From PVC group bacterium (lineage in GTDB: Bacteria > Omnitrophota > Gorgyraeia > B26-G9): 64,000 bases of DNA. The DNA is taken from contig JAAEQR010000142.1 of assembly GCA_024231215.1 (NCBI GenBank), forward strand, positions 36,593-100,592, given 5' to 3'. This document shows positions 36,722-46,421 of the stretch, piece by piece. A program made the translations under genes and the position numbers. The notes below the pieces were generated by a model. It did not search any database, was not told the origin of the DNA, and worked only from the letters and a program-made list of their open reading frames with translations. Position 1 is the stretch's first letter, and each line of letters opens with the position of its first letter.

Positions 36722-37090
36722 TTGCAAGTAACTATAACCGGAAGACATTTTAGTGTAACACAATCTTTAAAAGAATATATTCATAAAAAGGTGGATCGAT
36801 TCAATAAATATTCCAGTAATATTATCGAAACACACGTGGTTTTGGGCGTAGAAAAATATCGCAATTTTGCCGAAATATCTGTATTCGGCAAACAACTCAA
36901 AATTACGGAAAAAAAAGAAAATGAAACAATGTATGCAGCAATCGATGATGTATGTACCGGCTTAGAAAAAGCTTTAAGTCGTCATAAAGACAAAATAAAA
37001 GGACATCGAAAAAAAGACAGCGATAAATATAAAGTGGACGTAGATGAAGAGGGAGGCTATACAGATGAAGATAATGGACTTTTTGAGTGA
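36722..37090 (+). CDS. hpf: Ribosome hibernation promoting factor
   Basis: MQVTITGRHFSVTQSLKEYIHKKVDRFNKY is the YfiA/HPF fold. TTG start with RBS GAGAGGAGG. Confidence 0.85.
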   Translation: MQVTITGRHFSVTQSLKEYIHKKVDRFNKYSSNIIETHVVLGVEKYRNFAEISVFGKQLKITEKKENETMYAAIDDVCTGLEKALSRHKDKIKGHRKKDSDKYKVDVDEEGGYTDEDNGLFE

Positions 37091-37526
37091 AAAGGCATTG
37101 TGCGCTGATCTAAAGGCAACAACAAAAAAAGAAATCATAGAAGAACTAGTCAGTTCCTTGGTTGATGCTCAAATAATCAAAGATAAGAGCAAACTAATAA
37201 AGATTCTTCTAGAAAGAGAATCCCTGGGATCTACCGGTATTGGGCAAGGCGTAGCAATCCCTCATGGTAAATCAGAAAGCGTAAAAAAATTAGTTGCCGC
37301 CTTTGGGTTATCTAAAAATGGTGTAAACTTCGATTCTTTAGACGGAGAACCAGTATATATCTTTTTTCTTCTCGTTGCGCCGGAAGATTCAGCCGGACCT
37401 CATCTAAAAGCTTTGGCTAGAATTTCCCGACTTTTAAAAGACAAATATTTTAGAGATACACTGCGTTCAGCTAAGGACGAAAAGATGCTTGCAAAAATAA
37501 TTAAGCAAGAAGACTCAAGAAAATAA
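37065..37526 (+). CDS. ptsN: PTS IIA-like nitrogen regulatory protein (EIIA-Ntr)
   Basis: EIIA-2 fold with phospho-His motif GIGQGVAIPHGK. The start is ambiguous between 37044, 37065 and 37074, and all candidates overlap the hpf 3' end. Confidence 0.8.
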   Translation: MKIMDFLSEKALCADLKATTKKEIIEELVSSLVDAQIIKDKSKLIKILLERESLGSTGIGQGVAIPHGKSESVKKLVAAFGLSKNGVNFDSLDGEPVYIFFLLVAPEDSAGPHLKALARISRLLKDKYFRDTLRSAKDEKMLAKIIKQEDSRK

Positions 37527-37529
37527 AAA

Positions 37530-38780
37530 ATGCGCATTCTGAAATGGTTATATCCAGGAATGAAAGTAAAGCGCTGGATTTTTTTAAGTGCTTTAGGTAT
37601 CATTTTAGTAGTCTGCGGAACAATACAGTGGATAAAACAATGGGAGAATAATAATATTTCTCTCTTTGGAGCCGCGTTACTGATTATCGGTATTATTTTA
37701 CTCATTATCGGCTCTAAGCAGATGACCAAATCATTTATTACGTTATTTGCTCCGTTATATCAAGAAAAAGAGTTAGTTGATATTGTTTATAAAAAACGAC
37801 AGTTGAGTCGCGGCCCCCGCATTGTAGTCATTGGCGGAGGAACCGGACTTTCCGTTCTTTTACATGGACTTAAGTCATATACTTCTAATCTGACCGCCAT
37901 AGTAACTGTAGCTGATGACGGTGGCAGCTCAGGTAGATTAAGACAACAATTTGATATTCTTCCCCCGGGAGACATTCGAAACTGTTTAGTCGCATTAGCT
38001 GAAGCAGAACCGTTAATGCGAGATCTTTTTCAATTTCGTTTCCAGGAAGGGACAGAATTAGCTGGACATAATTTCGGCAACCTTTTCATAACTGCCATGA
38101 CAAAAATCGCTGGTGATTTTGAAAAAGCAATTAAGGAATCAAGTAAGGTTTTAGCAATCAGCGGACAGGTTATTCCTTCAACCTTAAAAAGAGTTACCCT
38201 GGTAGCTGAACACACTGACGGGACAAAAACTTATGGAGAAACAAGAATATCTAAAAGTACAAGTCCTATTAGCCAGGTTCATCTAATGCCGGAGGAGTGT
38301 TTACCAACAGAAGATGCACTTGAAGCAATAAATAATGCAGAAGCCATTGTGCTAGGACCAGGTAGTTTATATACCAGTATACTGCCAAATTTGATTATAA
38401 AAAATATTCCGGAAGCGATAAATAAGGCTAAAGCAATAAAAGTCTATGTTTGCAACGTAATGACTCAATCAGGAGAAACTGATGATTTTACAGCATATGA
38501 CCATATTAAAGCGATACAAGCACATGCTAAAAGTAAGATTATTGATTACAGTATTGTAAACACGGGCACTGTTCCAAAAGAGTTCTTGAAAAAATATAAG
38601 AAAGAAGGCGCAGTTCCAGTAAAACCAGATATTGCCCAGATTGAAGCAGCAGGCATTAATGTTATTGCTGATAATGTAATTAGTACAAAAGATCATGTTC
38701 GGCATAATTCTGAGAAAATAGCCAAAAATATTATTGATCTTGTAGAAGAAATAAGATCCAAAAATGCTGTTTATGTATAA
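37530..38780 (+). CDS. YvcK/CofD-like (UPF0052, gluconeogenesis factor family) protein with an N-terminal membrane extension
   Basis: RIVVIGGGTGLSVLLHGLK...VADDGGSSGRLR. Two N-terminal TM helices. Confidence 0.8.
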   Translation: MRILKWLYPGMKVKRWIFLSALGIILVVCGTIQWIKQWENNNISLFGAALLIIGIILLIIGSKQMTKSFITLFAPLYQEKELVDIVYKKRQLSRGPRIVVIGGGTGLSVLLHGLKSYTSNLTAIVTVADDGGSSGRLRQQFDILPPGDIRNCLVALAEAEPLMRDLFQFRFQEGTELAGHNFGNLFITAMTKIAGDFEKAIKESSKVLAISGQVIPSTLKRVTLVAEHTDGTKTYGETRISKSTSPISQVHLMPEECLPTEDALEAINNAEAIVLGPGSLYTSILPNLIIKNIPEAINKAKAIKVYVCNVMTQSGETDDFTAYDHIKAIQAHAKSKIIDYSIVNTGTVPKEFLKKYKKEGAVPVKPDIAQIEAAGINVIADNVISTKDHVRHNSEKIAKNIIDLVEEIRSKNAVYV

Positions 38781-38800
38781 ACTACTTTGTTTGGAGAATT

Positions 38801-39094
38801 ATGAACCAACCATCTAAATCTGTTACAAAGAATGTAGTTATAAAAAATAAAACTGGTCTTCATGCTCGTCCAGCGGCTGTATTTGTACAGGTGGCTAATA
38901 AATTCGATAGTGAAATCTCTGTACAAAAAGGCAAACAGAAGATTAACGGAAAATCAATCATGGGAGTACTCATGCTTGCCGCAGGACAGGGACAGGAAGT
39001 AATAATCGTCGCGGATGGTCCGGACGCAGAAATTGCGGTAAAAGAACTGGAAAAAATTCTTTTGAGTGATGATGATGAAAAAAAAATTAGATAG
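38801..39094 (+). CDS. ptsH: Phosphocarrier protein HPr (NPr-like)
   Basis: His15 motif TGLHARPAAVFV. Ser46 region GKSIMGVLMLAAGQGQEV. Confidence 0.85.
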   Translation: MNQPSKSVTKNVVIKNKTGLHARPAAVFVQVANKFDSEISVQKGKQKINGKSIMGVLMLAAGQGQEVIIVADGPDAEIAVKELEKILLSDDDEKKIR

Positions 39095-40829
39095 AAAAAT
39101 AATTAAGGGAGTTGCAGCATCCCCGGGCATAGCTATTGGCCGAGTATACCTTTGGGATAGCGAAGACTATAATATCCATACTTATCCAGTAAAAGAGTCC
39201 TCTTTAGCTACGGAAATTGTGCGTTTTGAAGAAGCATTAATTAAGACGCGTGCAGAAATAATAGATATTCAGAAAAAGCTATCTAAGGAAATGGGTGTTG
39301 AGCACGCGGAAATTTTTAACGCACATCTTCTGGTATTAGAAGACCGAATGCTAATCGAAGAGGTTATTAATAAAATAAAGAAGGAACGCGTAAACGTTGA
39401 ACGAATTTTTGTCGAAGTTCTGAAAAAATACTGTGATATTTTCTCCAAAATGGATGATGAATATTTAAGGGAGCGGTTGATAGATATCCAGGATGTTGGT
39501 AAACGTGTTGTGCGCAACCTTTTGGGCAAACAAAAAACGGAATTATTTGATTTAGGAGAACAAGTTGTTGTTGTCGCAACAAATCTTTCGCCATCTGATA
39601 CAGCTCTAATGCAAAAAGATGAAGTTATCGGATTTGCTACCGATATGGGTGGCCGCACTTCTCATACAGCAATTTTAGCACGTTCTCTGGAAATCCCGGC
39701 GGTTGTTGGATTAAAAACTCTAACCCCTGGAGCATTAAAAGGTAACAGTATCATTATCGATGGGAATAATGGGATTGTAATAATCAATCCCAAAACTTCC
39801 GATATAAAAAAATATAAAATAGAAAAAAAGAACTTTGAAAATTTCGAACGCGGTCTTTCCCGGTTAAAAAGCCTGCCATCTATAACAAAAGATAAACATA
39901 CTGTCCAAGTTGGTGCAAATATAGAATTTCCAGAAGAAATGACCTCTGTACTCTCACACGGAGCAGAGGGCATAGGTCTTTATCGAACTGAATATATGTT
40001 CCTGAATCGGCCGGATTTCCCCAGTGAAGAAGACCACTTTAAAGCTTATAAAAAAGTAGCTCAATGTATGCAAAAAAAACCTGTAGTTATTCGAACTATG
40101 GATTTAGGCGGCGATAAATTTGCTTCTCATCTAAATTTTCCGTTAGAAATGAATCCTCTAATGGGAATGCGAGCAATTCGGTTTTGTCTGGCCCGACCTA
40201 GTATTTTTAAGACACAGTTGGCCGGGATATTACGAGCCAGCGTTTACGGCAATTTGAAAATAATGTATCCCATGATTTCCGGAGTAGAAGAATTGCAGCA
40301 AGCAAATTTGATATTACAAGAAGTCAAAACAGATCTTAAGAAAAAAGGCATTCCTTTTGACGAAAAGATTGAAGTTGGGATTATGATTGAAGTACCGTCT
40401 GCAGCACTTATCGCTGATATTCTAGCCAAGGAAGTTGACTTCTTCAGTATCGGAACAAATGATCTGATTCAGTACGCACTTGCTGTAGATAGAACAAATG
40501 AAAAAATAACATATCTGTATGAGCCAGCACATCCTGCGGTATTGCGAATATTAAAATCTATTATAGACACAGGACACCAAGCAGGTATATGGGTTGGCAT
40601 GTGCGGAGAAATGGCTTCAGAACCACCGTTCATATTACTTCTTTTAGGATTAGGGCTTGATGAATTCAGCGCAAGTGCAGTATCTGTTCCTGAAATAAAG
40701 AAAGTCATTCGTTCTGTTACTTATGAACAGGCAAAAAAAATTGCAGACAAAGTGCTACAGTTTTCAACCGCTTCTCAGATTGAAAGCTATACAAGAACAA
40801 AATTAGGCGAAATTATCTATAACAAATAA
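39066..40829 (+). CDS. ptsI: Phosphoenolpyruvate-protein phosphotransferase (Enzyme I)
   Basis: GVAASPGIAIGRV, phospho-His region GGRTSHTAILARSLEIPAVVG, and a PEP-utilizing C-terminal domain. The start is one of four consecutive ATGs at 39066-39075. Confidence 0.9.
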   Translation: MMMMKKKLDRKIIKGVAASPGIAIGRVYLWDSEDYNIHTYPVKESSLATEIVRFEEALIKTRAEIIDIQKKLSKEMGVEHAEIFNAHLLVLEDRMLIEEVINKIKKERVNVERIFVEVLKKYCDIFSKMDDEYLRERLIDIQDVGKRVVRNLLGKQKTELFDLGEQVVVVATNLSPSDTALMQKDEVIGFATDMGGRTSHTAILARSLEIPAVVGLKTLTPGALKGNSIIIDGNNGIVIINPKTSDIKKYKIEKKNFENFERGLSRLKSLPSITKDKHTVQVGANIEFPEEMTSVLSHGAEGIGLYRTEYMFLNRPDFPSEEDHFKAYKKVAQCMQKKPVVIRTMDLGGDKFASHLNFPLEMNPLMGMRAIRFCLARPSIFKTQLAGILRASVYGNLKIMYPMISGVEELQQANLILQEVKTDLKKKGIPFDEKIEVGIMIEVPSAALIADILAKEVDFFSIGTNDLIQYALAVDRTNEKITYLYEPAHPAVLRILKSIIDTGHQAGIWVGMCGEMASEPPFILLLLGLGLDEFSASAVSVPEIKKVIRSVTYEQAKKIADKVLQFSTASQIESYTRTKLGEIIYNK

Positions 40830-40844
40830 AACAAATTAAAATAT

Positions 40845-41582
40845 ATGCAAATACTTGTATTAGCAGCAGGATACGCTACAAGACTATATCCTTTAACAAA
40901 ACATTGGCCAAAACCGTTACTTTTGGTAAAAGAAAAACCAATAATTTCGCACATTATTGATAATGCGCAAAAATTACAGGATATAACGGAAATAATTGTT
41001 GTTACAAACGACAAATTTGTTGAATATTTTCAAAAATGGGCAGAAACTTATAATTGTTCAGCAAAAATAACGGTCTTAAGTGATAAAACTACGTCCGAAG
41101 ATAATCGCTTAGGAGCAATTGGGGATATAGCCTACGTTCTTAGAAATCATTCTATAACTGAGGACTTATTAGTGATCGGCGGCGACAACCTATTTTCTTT
41201 TGATTTGACAGCTTTTGTTGATTTTGCACAAAACAAAAAAGACGCCTGCACAGTTGGACTATACAACATATTTGACCTGGAAAAAGTTAGATATTATGGG
41301 ATTGTTACAGTTAATGATACTGGGAAAGTAGTTGATTTCGAAGAAAAACCGCAGAAAAGTTTATCTACCCTTATTTCAATGTGTCTGTATTATTTTCCGT
41401 ATAAGCGTTTGGAATTAATCCCGGAATATTTAAAAAATAATAGTAGTCATGACGCACCCGGCAATTACATACGCTGGCTGCATAACATAATCGATGTTTG
41501 GGGCTATGAACTAAAAGGGGACTGGTATGATATTGGGGATATTGATACCTTTTATCATTCAAATGTAACCTTTAAAGACTAA
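40845..41582 (+). CDS. Sugar-phosphate nucleotidyltransferase
   Basis: MQILVLAAGYATRLYPLTKHWPKPLL is the G-x-G-T-R-L NTP-transferase motif. Confidence 0.8.
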   Translation: MQILVLAAGYATRLYPLTKHWPKPLLLVKEKPIISHIIDNAQKLQDITEIIVVTNDKFVEYFQKWAETYNCSAKITVLSDKTTSEDNRLGAIGDIAYVLRNHSITEDLLVIGGDNLFSFDLTAFVDFAQNKKDACTVGLYNIFDLEKVRYYGIVTVNDTGKVVDFEEKPQKSLSTLISMCLYYFPYKRLELIPEYLKNNSSHDAPGNYIRWLHNIIDVWGYELKGDWYDIGDIDTFYHSNVTFKD

Positions 41583-41602
41583 GGCTCTTTTAAAAGAGCC
41601 TT
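41581..41602. terminator. Perfect 22-nt palindrome hairpin (bidirectional terminator-like)
   Basis: AAGGCTCTTTTAAAAGAGCCTT starts at the stop codon of the upstream gene. Confidence 0.45.
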
Positions 41603-41718
41603 AAGGGGGGATGAGTCCCCCTAGCGGAAATATGCAGTCCATTTTAAATAAATAAAAAATTGACTGCATATTACTAAGGATGGATGGGAACCACTAAAAT
41701 GAAAGGAAAGGTTTTTTT

Positions 41719-42876
41719 ATGAAAAAAGTATATTATTCTACATCCGAATCAGTAGCATGCGGTCATCCGGATAAATTATGCGATCAGGTTTCTGATGCTG
41801 TACTGGATGAGGTTTTAAGACAAGATAAGTGGGGCAGAGTAGCATGTGAAACATATGTTACTATGGGATTAATCATCATCGGCGGAGAAATCACAACTAA
41901 AGCATATGTCGATATACATTCACTGGTGAGAAATGTTGTAAAAGGAATTGGATATAGTCATCCAAAATACGGCTTTGACTATAATACTTGTGCAATACTA
42001 AATGCGATTCATAATCAATCTCCGGATATCGCTATGGGAGTTGATACCGGTGGGGCAGGTGACCAGGGAATGATGACCGGCTATGCCTGCAAAGAAACTC
42101 CGGAACTTATGCCTCTTGCGCTTATGTTGAGTCATAAATTAGTAGCAAAAATGAAAGAAGTTCGGGATAAGAAAATATTGAAATATTTAGGGCCCGACGG
42201 AAAAGCTCAGGTTACAGTACGATACGAAGATGATAAACCTGTAGAAGTTACTTCTGTTGTTTTGGCTTGCCAGCACACAGAAGAAGTTCTTAATCCGGCA
42301 AAAACTCACATGAATAAAAAAGCACGGCAGGAAATAATTGATATCATTGGTAAGCCGGTCCTGAAAAAATGGATCGGTAAAAACACTAAGTTTCACATAA
42401 ATGAAACAGGGAAATTTGTTGTAGCCGGACCTCAATCTGACACCGGAATGACCGGCAGAAAGATTGTTGTTGATACATACGGTGGTGTTGTTCCTGTAGG
42501 CGGCGGTGCTTTTTCCGGGAAAGACCCAACCAAAGTTGACCGTTCTGCAGCATATATGGGGCGTTATATAGCTAAGAATGTTGTTGCTAGCGGACTTGCA
42601 GACAAATGTTATATCCAGGTAGCTTATTGTATAGGCATGAGTGATCCTCTTTCTGTATTTGTCGATACATATGGTACGGGTAAAGTATCTGATGAGAAAA
42701 TAATCAAATTAATTAAAAGTAATTTTTCCCTAAAACCAAAGGGGATTATAAAAGAACTTGATCTATTAAAGCCTATTTATCAGAAAACAGCCTGTCACGG
42801 ACATTTCGGCAGAAACGAAAAATCATTCACATGGGAACGCACTGATAAAGCAGCTAAACTGCGTAAAGCAGCTTAA
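41719..42876 (+). CDS. metK: S-adenosylmethionine synthetase
   Basis: [43 protein letters not shown] and the other MetK signature motifs. Confidence 0.95.
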   Translation: MKKVYYSTSESVACGHPDKLCDQVSDAVLDEVLRQDKWGRVACETYVTMGLIIIGGEITTKAYVDIHSLVRNVVKGIGYSHPKYGFDYNTCAILNAIHNQSPDIAMGVDTGGAGDQGMMTGYACKETPELMPLALMLSHKLVAKMKEVRDKKILKYLGPDGKAQVTVRYEDDKPVEVTSVVLACQHTEEVLNPAKTHMNKKARQEIIDIIGKPVLKKWIGKNTKFHINETGKFVVAGPQSDTGMTGRKIVVDTYGGVVPVGGGAFSGKDPTKVDRSAAYMGRYIAKNVVASGLADKCYIQVAYCIGMSDPLSVFVDTYGTGKVSDEKIIKLIKSNFSLKPKGIIKELDLLKPIYQKTACHGHFGRNEKSFTWERTDKAAKLRKAA

Positions 42877-42890
42877 AAGGAGGCATTAAT

Positions 42891-44306
42891 ATGGCTACGG
42901 CATTAGGAGACTACAAAATCAAAGATATTAATCTTGCTGATTTTGGAAGAAAAGAAATTACCATAGCAGAGCATGAAATGCCAGGACTGATGGCTATACG
43001 TGAGAAATATAAAAAAGAAAAACCTCTCACCGGTGTCAGGATTATGGGTTCATTGCATATGACTATTCAAACCGCAGTTCTTATCGAAACCCTGACTGAC
43101 CTCGGAGCTGATGTGCGTTGGGCCAGCTGTAATATATTTTCGACACAAGACCACGCAGCAGCTGCTATCGCAAAATCAGGCGTGCCGGTATTTGCCTGGA
43201 AAGGGGAAACTCTAAAGGAATATTGGTGGTGTACAGAGCAAGCGCTTTCCTTTCCTGAAGGGAAAGGTCCCCAGCTTATAGTAGATGACGGGGGAGACGC
43301 AACATTAATGATCCATCTTGGCGCAGCCGCAGAAAAAGACATGGCTGTATTAGAACGCGCACCCGGTGGACCAGATGAGGCAGAGCTTATGTCTATTCTC
43401 AAAGAAACCTTGAAAGAAAACAAAGATAAATGGACTCAGATCGTAAAAGACTGGAAAGGCGTATCCGAAGAAACCACAACCGGAGTACATCGTCTTTATC
43501 AAATGATGGAAAAGGGAGAATTACTAGTTCCGGCGATCAACGTAAATGATTCGGTCACAAAGTCTAAATTTGATAACCTCTATGGCTGTCGAGAATCACT
43601 TGCTGATGGTATTAAGAGAGCAACCGATGTAATGATGGCTGGTAAAGTTGCTGTTGTCTGTGGCTACGGGGATGTGGGTAAAGGCTCAACTCAATCTTTA
43701 GACGGTTTCGGAGCTCGCGTTATTGTAACTGAGATAGATCCAATTTGCGCCTTGCAAGCAGCAATGGCCGGGCTTGAAGTTACTACACTCGAAGACACTC
43801 TCGGCCGTGGTGATATATATGTAACAACTACCGGTAATAAAAATGTTATTACTGCTGAGCATATATCAAAAATGAAAGATCAGGCTATTGTCTGCAATAT
43901 CGGACACTTTGATAACGAAATTGAAGTTGTAGCTTTGGAAAATTATCCGGGGATAAAAAAGGTTAATATCAAGCCGCAGGTAGATAAGTATATTTTCCCA
44001 GACGGAAAAGAAATATACCTGCTGGCTGAAGGAAGACTTGTTAATTTAGGCTGTGCAACCGGGCATCCTTCGTTTGTAATGTCCAATTCTTTTACTAATC
44101 AAGTCTTGGCACAAATTGATCTTTGGAAGAATAAAGATACGTATAAACCCGAAGTTTATAGGCTTTCAAAATCTCTGGATGAAGAAGTAGCCAGATTGCA
44201 TCTAGAAAAAATCGGGGTGAAATTAACCAAATTAACCAAAGAACAAGCGGACTATCTCGGTGTTCCAGAAAATGGTCCGTATAAACCAGAACACTATCGA
44301 TATTAA
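42891..44306 (+). CDS. ahcY: Adenosylhomocysteinase
   Basis: [28 protein letters not shown] at the N-terminus and the NAD-binding GYGDVGKG. Confidence 0.95.
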   Translation: MATALGDYKIKDINLADFGRKEITIAEHEMPGLMAIREKYKKEKPLTGVRIMGSLHMTIQTAVLIETLTDLGADVRWASCNIFSTQDHAAAAIAKSGVPVFAWKGETLKEYWWCTEQALSFPEGKGPQLIVDDGGDATLMIHLGAAAEKDMAVLERAPGGPDEAELMSILKETLKENKDKWTQIVKDWKGVSEETTTGVHRLYQMMEKGELLVPAINVNDSVTKSKFDNLYGCRESLADGIKRATDVMMAGKVAVVCGYGDVGKGSTQSLDGFGARVIVTEIDPICALQAAMAGLEVTTLEDTLGRGDIYVTTTGNKNVITAEHISKMKDQAIVCNIGHFDNEIEVVALENYPGIKKVNIKPQVDKYIFPDGKEIYLLAEGRLVNLGCATGHPSFVMSNSFTNQVLAQIDLWKNKDTYKPEVYRLSKSLDEEVARLHLEKIGVKLTKLTKEQADYLGVPENGPYKPEHYRY

Positions 44307-44330
44307 ACAAAAAGGAGGAATAAGAAAAAA

Positions 44331-45338
44331 ATGACGTCATATAAGGATTTAGGTTTTGTAAATACAAAAGAAATGTTCAAAAAAGCAATGGCCGGCAAAT
44401 ATGCTGTTCCTGCTTATAACTTCAATAACATGGAACAGATCCAGGCAATTATCGTTGCTTGCGTAGAAACACAGTCACCGGTAATTTTGCAGGTTTCCAG
44501 CGGAGCCCGTAAATACGCAAACCAAACGTTGCTTCAATACATGGCACAGGGTGCGGTAGAAATGATGAAGAAGCTAGCAGCAGAAAAAGGCCTTAAAGAA
44601 GTCCCAATCGCTTTACATCTGGACCATGGAGACACTTTTGAACTTTGCAAGTCATGTATCGAATCCGGATTTTCTTCTGTCATGATCGACGGTTCACACC
44701 ATTCATTTGAGAAAAACATTGAATTAACAAAACAGGTGGTTGATTATGCGCATCAGTATGATGTAACTGTAGAAGGAGAACTTGGAGTTTTAGCCGGAAT
44801 CGAAGATGATGTAGTTGCTGAGAAATCAACCTACACTAAGCCTGAAGAAGTAGTTGAATTTGTAAAAAAAACCGGGGTTGATTCATTAGCTATTTCCATC
44901 GGGACATCACATGGAGCTAATAAATTCAAGCCTGAACAGTGTACTCAAAATGAAGACGGAGTTTATATTCCACCAGCGCTGCGATTTGATATCTTAGAAG
45001 AAATAGAGAAACAAATACCCGGCTTTTCTATCGTACTACATGGATCATCATCTGTACCGGTAGAAGCAGTAAAAATGATCAATGAAAACGGCGGCGCTTT
45101 AAAAGATTCCGTAGGAATCCCGGAAGAACAGATTCGCAAAGCAACAAAATCAGCTGTATGCAAGGTAAACATTGATTCTGACGGCCGTCTCTGGATGACT
45201 GCTGCAGTTCGAAAACACTTTGGTGAGAAACCGGCAGATTTTGATCCGCGTAAATACTTAGGACCAGCCAGAGAAGCACTTGTTAAAATGTACGCAAGTA
45301 AAAATCAAAACGTTCTCGGTTCAGCCGGAAACGTCTAA
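44331..45338 (+). CDS. fba: Class II fructose-bisphosphate aldolase
   Basis: VPIALHLDHGDTFE and HGSSSVP zinc and substrate motifs. Confidence 0.9.
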   Translation: MTSYKDLGFVNTKEMFKKAMAGKYAVPAYNFNNMEQIQAIIVACVETQSPVILQVSSGARKYANQTLLQYMAQGAVEMMKKLAAEKGLKEVPIALHLDHGDTFELCKSCIESGFSSVMIDGSHHSFEKNIELTKQVVDYAHQYDVTVEGELGVLAGIEDDVVAEKSTYTKPEEVVEFVKKTGVDSLAISIGTSHGANKFKPEQCTQNEDGVYIPPALRFDILEEIEKQIPGFSIVLHGSSSVPVEAVKMINENGGALKDSVGIPEEQIRKATKSAVCKVNIDSDGRLWMTAAVRKHFGEKPADFDPRKYLGPAREALVKMYASKNQNVLGSAGNV

Positions 45339-45358
45339 AATAGCTCTGTAGTAGACAA

Positions 45359-45398
45359 AGAAGCAACTTCTTAAAAAAAGGGGTTGCTTCTTTTTTTG
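45359..45398 (+). terminator. Rho-independent terminator after fba
   Basis: AGAAGCAAC with a 15-nt loop and GTTGCTTCT, followed by T7. Confidence 0.55.
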
Positions 45399-45449
45399 TT
45401 TTGGAATAAAAACAAAACTAATGCTATAATAACTTTACAGGAGGGAAAT

Positions 45450-46421
45450 ATGAATAAACAGGATTGGTTTCGTAAGAAATTTTCCCGTAAACAGTTTTTA
45501 CAACTGTTGGGAGCAGGAGCAGGTTTTTTAGCCTCTGAGAATATACTTCTTAAAGCCGCATTGGCCTTTTCTAAATCAGATACTTCTCCTGGAAGGAAAA
45601 AAGGGGGACTGACCGGTAATTATGATCTAGTATCAGCAACCGGAGAAAATCCGTACCAGATGACTGTAAAAGCAATCAAGGCTATGGGCGGAATGAAAAA
45701 ATTCGTTAATCCAGGAAGCGTAGTTCTGATAAAACCCAATATTGCATGGGACCGTACTCCAGAACAAGCCGCAAACACAAATCCGGAAGTTGTTGCCGCA
45801 TTAATTGACTTATGTTTACAATCCGGAGCAAAACGAGTCAATGTTTTTGATAGCCCCTGCAATAATGCTCAGCGCACATATCAAAACAGCGGGATTGAAA
45901 AAATAGCAAAAGAACATGGCGCTAATGTCTTCTTTGCCAATACATGGAATGTAGTCCGGGCGAAATTCCCGTATGAAAGCCCGATGCAAGATTGGCCTGT
46001 ATTTCGAGAAGCACTGGAGTGTGACACATTTATCAATGTCCCGGTAATGAAACACCATAGGCTTACAAAACTTACTCTATCGATGAAAAATCTTATGGGA
46101 GTATGTTCCGGAAATAGAGGAAATATTCATACAGATATAGGTAGAAAATTAGTAGATATAACGACATTTATTAATCCTGATTTAACGGTCATCGACGCTT
46201 ATCGAGTATTAGTTCGCAATGGCCCGGTAGGAGGGAATTTAGATGATGTTGTCTATATGAAACAGCTACTTATCGGAACAGATCCCACCCTAACAGATGC
46301 ATATGCTAGCACACTCTTGGATATCGATCCATTAACAGTGCCATATATACAAAATGCTATAGACCGCGGAATAGGAAGTATTGATTTTAAAAAAGCGAAC
46401 ATTTTAAAGATTACCGCATGA
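45450..46421 (+). CDS. DUF362-family protein with Tat-like signal peptide
   Basis: ATG at 45450 with SD AGGAGGG. N-terminus MNKQDWFRKKFSRKQFLQLLGAGAGFLAS is a Tat-like RK variant. Conserved DUF362 core. The track start at 45384 is probably an over-extension. Confidence 0.6.
   Translation: MNKQDWFRKKFSRKQFLQLLGAGAGFLASENILLKAALAFSKSDTSPGRKKGGLTGNYDLVSATGENPYQMTVKAIKAMGGMKKFVNPGSVVLIKPNIAWDRTPEQAANTNPEVVAALIDLCLQSGAKRVNVFDSPCNNAQRTYQNSGIEKIAKEHGANVFFANTWNVVRAKFPYESPMQDWPVFREALECDTFINVPVMKHHRLTKLTLSMKNLMGVCSGNRGNIHTDIGRKLVDITTFINPDLTVIDAYRVLVRNGPVGGNLDDVVYMKQLLIGTDPTLTDAYASTLLDIDPLTVPYIQNAIDRGIGSIDFKKANILKITA

Noticed and set aside
41583-41718. SAM riboswitch upstream of metK
   Set aside because: Looked for SAM-I, SAM-II and SAM-V consensus elements and did not find them. 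Only generic hairpins and palindromes are present.
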